Assembly: GCA_963733035.1 (NCBI GenBank)
Contig: CAVTBU010000007.1
Span: 128,001 to 192,000 of the forward strand
Origin: Pirellulales bacterium
Lineage (GTDB): Bacteria; Planctomycetota; Planctomycetia; Pirellulales; PALSA-1355
Direction: 5' to 3'
DNA length: 64,000 nt
Notes under the pieces: generated by a model
What the model was told of the DNA's origin: nothing
What the model saw: the letters and a program-made list of their open reading frames with translations, nothing else
The model's database searches: none
Part shown: piece by piece, positions 61,869 through 64,000 of the stretch
How the letters are laid out: every line of letters starts with the position of its first letter
Numbering within the stretch: position 1 is the first letter of the stretch
Made by a program: the position numbers and the translations under genes

Positions 61869-62891
61869 ATGACAATCGATCTCACCACCAACTACCTTGG
61901 TCTGAAACTTGCGAACCCAGTGGTCGTGTCGGCCTGCCCGCTCACCGGTGAATTGGACGTGCTGAAGCGTCTTGAGGAGCACGGCGCGGCGGCGGCGGTG
62001 CTGCCGTCGTTGTTCGAGGAACAGCTCGAAGAACATATTCTGCCGCCGGGTGGCGGCGGCCGGGCTGCAGCGGCGCTGATGGAAAGCGCCTCGTACTTTC
62101 ATGAGTTGAAGGAATACAATCGCGGCCCCGAGGCATATCTGAAACACGTAACCGCCGCGAAGCAGGCGTTGTCGATGCCAATTATCGGCAGCATGAATGT
62201 TATCGCAGTGGGTGACTGGGTCCGCTATGCCAAGCGGATCGAAGATGCCGGCGCCGACGCGCTGGAACTAAACGTGTACTTTCTGGTGACCGATTTTGAC
62301 ACCACCAGCCGCGAGGTCGAGGCCCGCTATGTGGAACTCGTGACTGCGGTGCGGAACGAAATCTCGATTCCGCTGGCGGTGAAGCTATCCCCGCAGTTTA
62401 CGGCCTTGCCCAACCTAGCGCGACGGCTTGCCGAGGCCGGCGCTGACGGCCTGGTGTTGTTCAATCGCTTCCTGCAGCCCGACATCGATCTGGACGCGAT
62501 GCGTGTGGTGCCTCGATTGACGCTGAGCACCTCGGAGGAAATGCGCAACACGCTCCGCTGGATGGCCCTGTTGCATGGGAGGCTGAATGCATCGCTCGCC
62601 GCCACGACGGACGCGCACTTCGCCGACGATGTGGTCCGCTTGTTGTTAGCCGGAGCGGACGTGGTGATGGTTGCATCAACGCTCTATCGCCATGGCGTCG
62701 ATATCTTGCAGAACCTGGTCGAAGGACTCACCTATTGGCTCGAAACGCGCGAGTTCCATTCGGTCGAACAGATTCGCGGCATGCTCAGCCAGCGGCGTTG
62801 TCCCGATCCGGCCGCGTTTGCGCGGGCGAACTACACAAAGGCGATCTCGTCGTTTGCCACCGGCGAGGATACCGGCGCCATGGCGCCGTAA
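61869..62891 (+). CDS. Dihydroorotate dehydrogenase-like flavoprotein
   Basis: DLTTNYLGLKLANP, LPSLFEEQ, ALELNVY, VKLSP, VLFNRF, FARANY. Confidence 0.85.
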   Translation: MTIDLTTNYLGLKLANPVVVSACPLTGELDVLKRLEEHGAAAAVLPSLFEEQLEEHILPPGGGGRAAAALMESASYFHELKEYNRGPEAYLKHVTAAKQALSMPIIGSMNVIAVGDWVRYAKRIEDAGADALELNVYFLVTDFDTTSREVEARYVELVTAVRNEISIPLAVKLSPQFTALPNLARRLAEAGADGLVLFNRFLQPDIDLDAMRVVPRLTLSTSEEMRNTLRWMALLHGRLNASLAATTDAHFADDVVRLLLAGADVVMVASTLYRHGVDILQNLVEGLTYWLETREFHSVEQIRGMLSQRRCPDPAAFARANYTKAISSFATGEDTGAMAP

Positions 62892-62929
62892 TGCGCACTG
62901 CATTGCCACTGGCCGGTTGGGAGAAGCGC

Positions 62930-63679
62930 CTAGCGCACCGGCGCGGTTTGCGTGGTGGGCGTCGTCACGACGCGAGTGCCACCGGGTGGTGTCGCGGGCA
63001 CGCCGAGCGACATCTGTGGCATGCTGAGGGCCGCGACCCGCGAGGCCAGCTGTGGCTGATTGGGATCGAGTTGCAATGAGCGCTGGTAGTTGGCCAAAGC
63101 TTGTTGCGTTTCGCCGCCGTCTTCGCGAAGTTTGCCTAGTGCCGCCAGGGCGCGGGAATTGGTCGGTTCCACGGTCACCGCATCGATCAATTGGTGCTTG
63201 GCCGCGTCTTTGTTCCCGGCTTCTTCATACAGACGGGCCAATTCCACCTTGGGTGCCGCGATCGACGGATTGCGAGCCGCCCAGCCTTCCATCAGTCGGA
63301 AAGCATCGGCCGAGCGGCCTCGCTCGTTGAGGAGCACGGCGAGTGCTCGGTAGCAATCGGTACGGTTTTGGTCGCGGTCGAGACACAGGTTGTAGTTGCG
63401 TTCGGCCTGGTCGAAGTCCGCCGGCTGATTGTGCAGCTTGCCAAGTTGGTGATACGTGCGAGCAAGATTGTAGTATCCGTCCGGATTGTTGGGGTCCGTT
63501 TGGATGGCCTGCAAAAACCGCTGTTGGGCCCCTTGGTAGTAAGCCTGGTCGAACATCCGCACGCCTTCGGCGTTCTGCGAGTTCGATACCATCGAGCAAC
63601 CGCATGCCGCGGCAAAGATGGCGCAGCAGCAAAGCATGCGGGGCAGGGCACGGCGGTTTTGACGAACTGCGTCAGTCAC
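62930..63679 (-). CDS. TPR-repeat (lipo)protein
   Basis: N-terminal hydrophobic segment ending ACGC; TPR helices (YYNLA, YQRSLQLDPNQP). Confidence 0.8.
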   Translation of the reverse strand: MTDAVRQNRRALPRMLCCCAIFAAACGCSMVSNSQNAEGVRMFDQAYYQGAQQRFLQAIQTDPNNPDGYYNLARTYHQLGKLHNQPADFDQAERNYNLCLDRDQNRTDCYRALAVLLNERGRSADAFRLMEGWAARNPSIAAPKVELARLYEEAGNKDAAKHQLIDAVTVEPTNSRALAALGKLREDGGETQQALANYQRSLQLDPNQPQLASRVAALSMPQMSLGVPATPPGGTRVVTTPTTQTAPVR

Positions 63680-64000
63680 GGCTGCGAGCGAGCCTCGAAG
63701 GGAATTCGACCCGGCCGTTCCAGATTCTCAAGGCCGGAAAAATGCGAAGCGCGGCGGACGATACCGACCCCCGACGCCAGCCGCAAGGCCAGTTTTTCCG
63801 CCGGGCAACAAAAAATCGGGCCGCGCGCCGCCTCATGGCTGCGCGCGGCCCTAATTCTTATTGAACGGGCGATTCGAATCGGCCAGCTAGCACTCCGCGG
63901 CATGGCACTTTGCCATCGGGCTGACGCCGCCCCCGGCCGGTCGGCCGTTCTTCTTTTCATAACCCAAGGCGAGGAGCACTTCGAGCACTTCGCTGCACGT

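Overview
High-GC bacterial chromosome segment, most likely a planctomycete (Pirellulales-like). This assignment is inferred from gene content: short SecA paralog, PEP-CTERM protein, prepilin-type protein, RRM protein, Tyr/Pro-rich secreted proteins and a REP-like palindrome. Most of the window is housekeeping or conserved genes (pgi 3' end, rpsR, Dus-family, queG, SecA paralog, thpR, recA, alaS, tpx, serA, ABC transporters, peptidases). The most notable part is an accessory island at ~32.55-36.9 kb. There, two near-identical ~265-bp non-coding direct repeats (34363-34627, 36159-36419), each with a sigma70-like promoter and a predicted self-closing ~210-nt structured RNA, flank an orphan PD-(D/E)xK nuclease-like ORF translationally coupled to a putative immunity gene. 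Also notable are a three-gene cluster (14.1-17.4 kb) of secreted proteins sharing a helical motif, two of which fuse a very Cys-rich N-terminus to a minimal secretin-like domain, and a candidate LexA operator at the recA promoter. About seven apparent single-base frameshifts suggest assembly error. No rRNA, tRNA, CRISPR array, integrase or transposase was seen. All calls come from reading the sequence by eye; no searches or folding programs were run.
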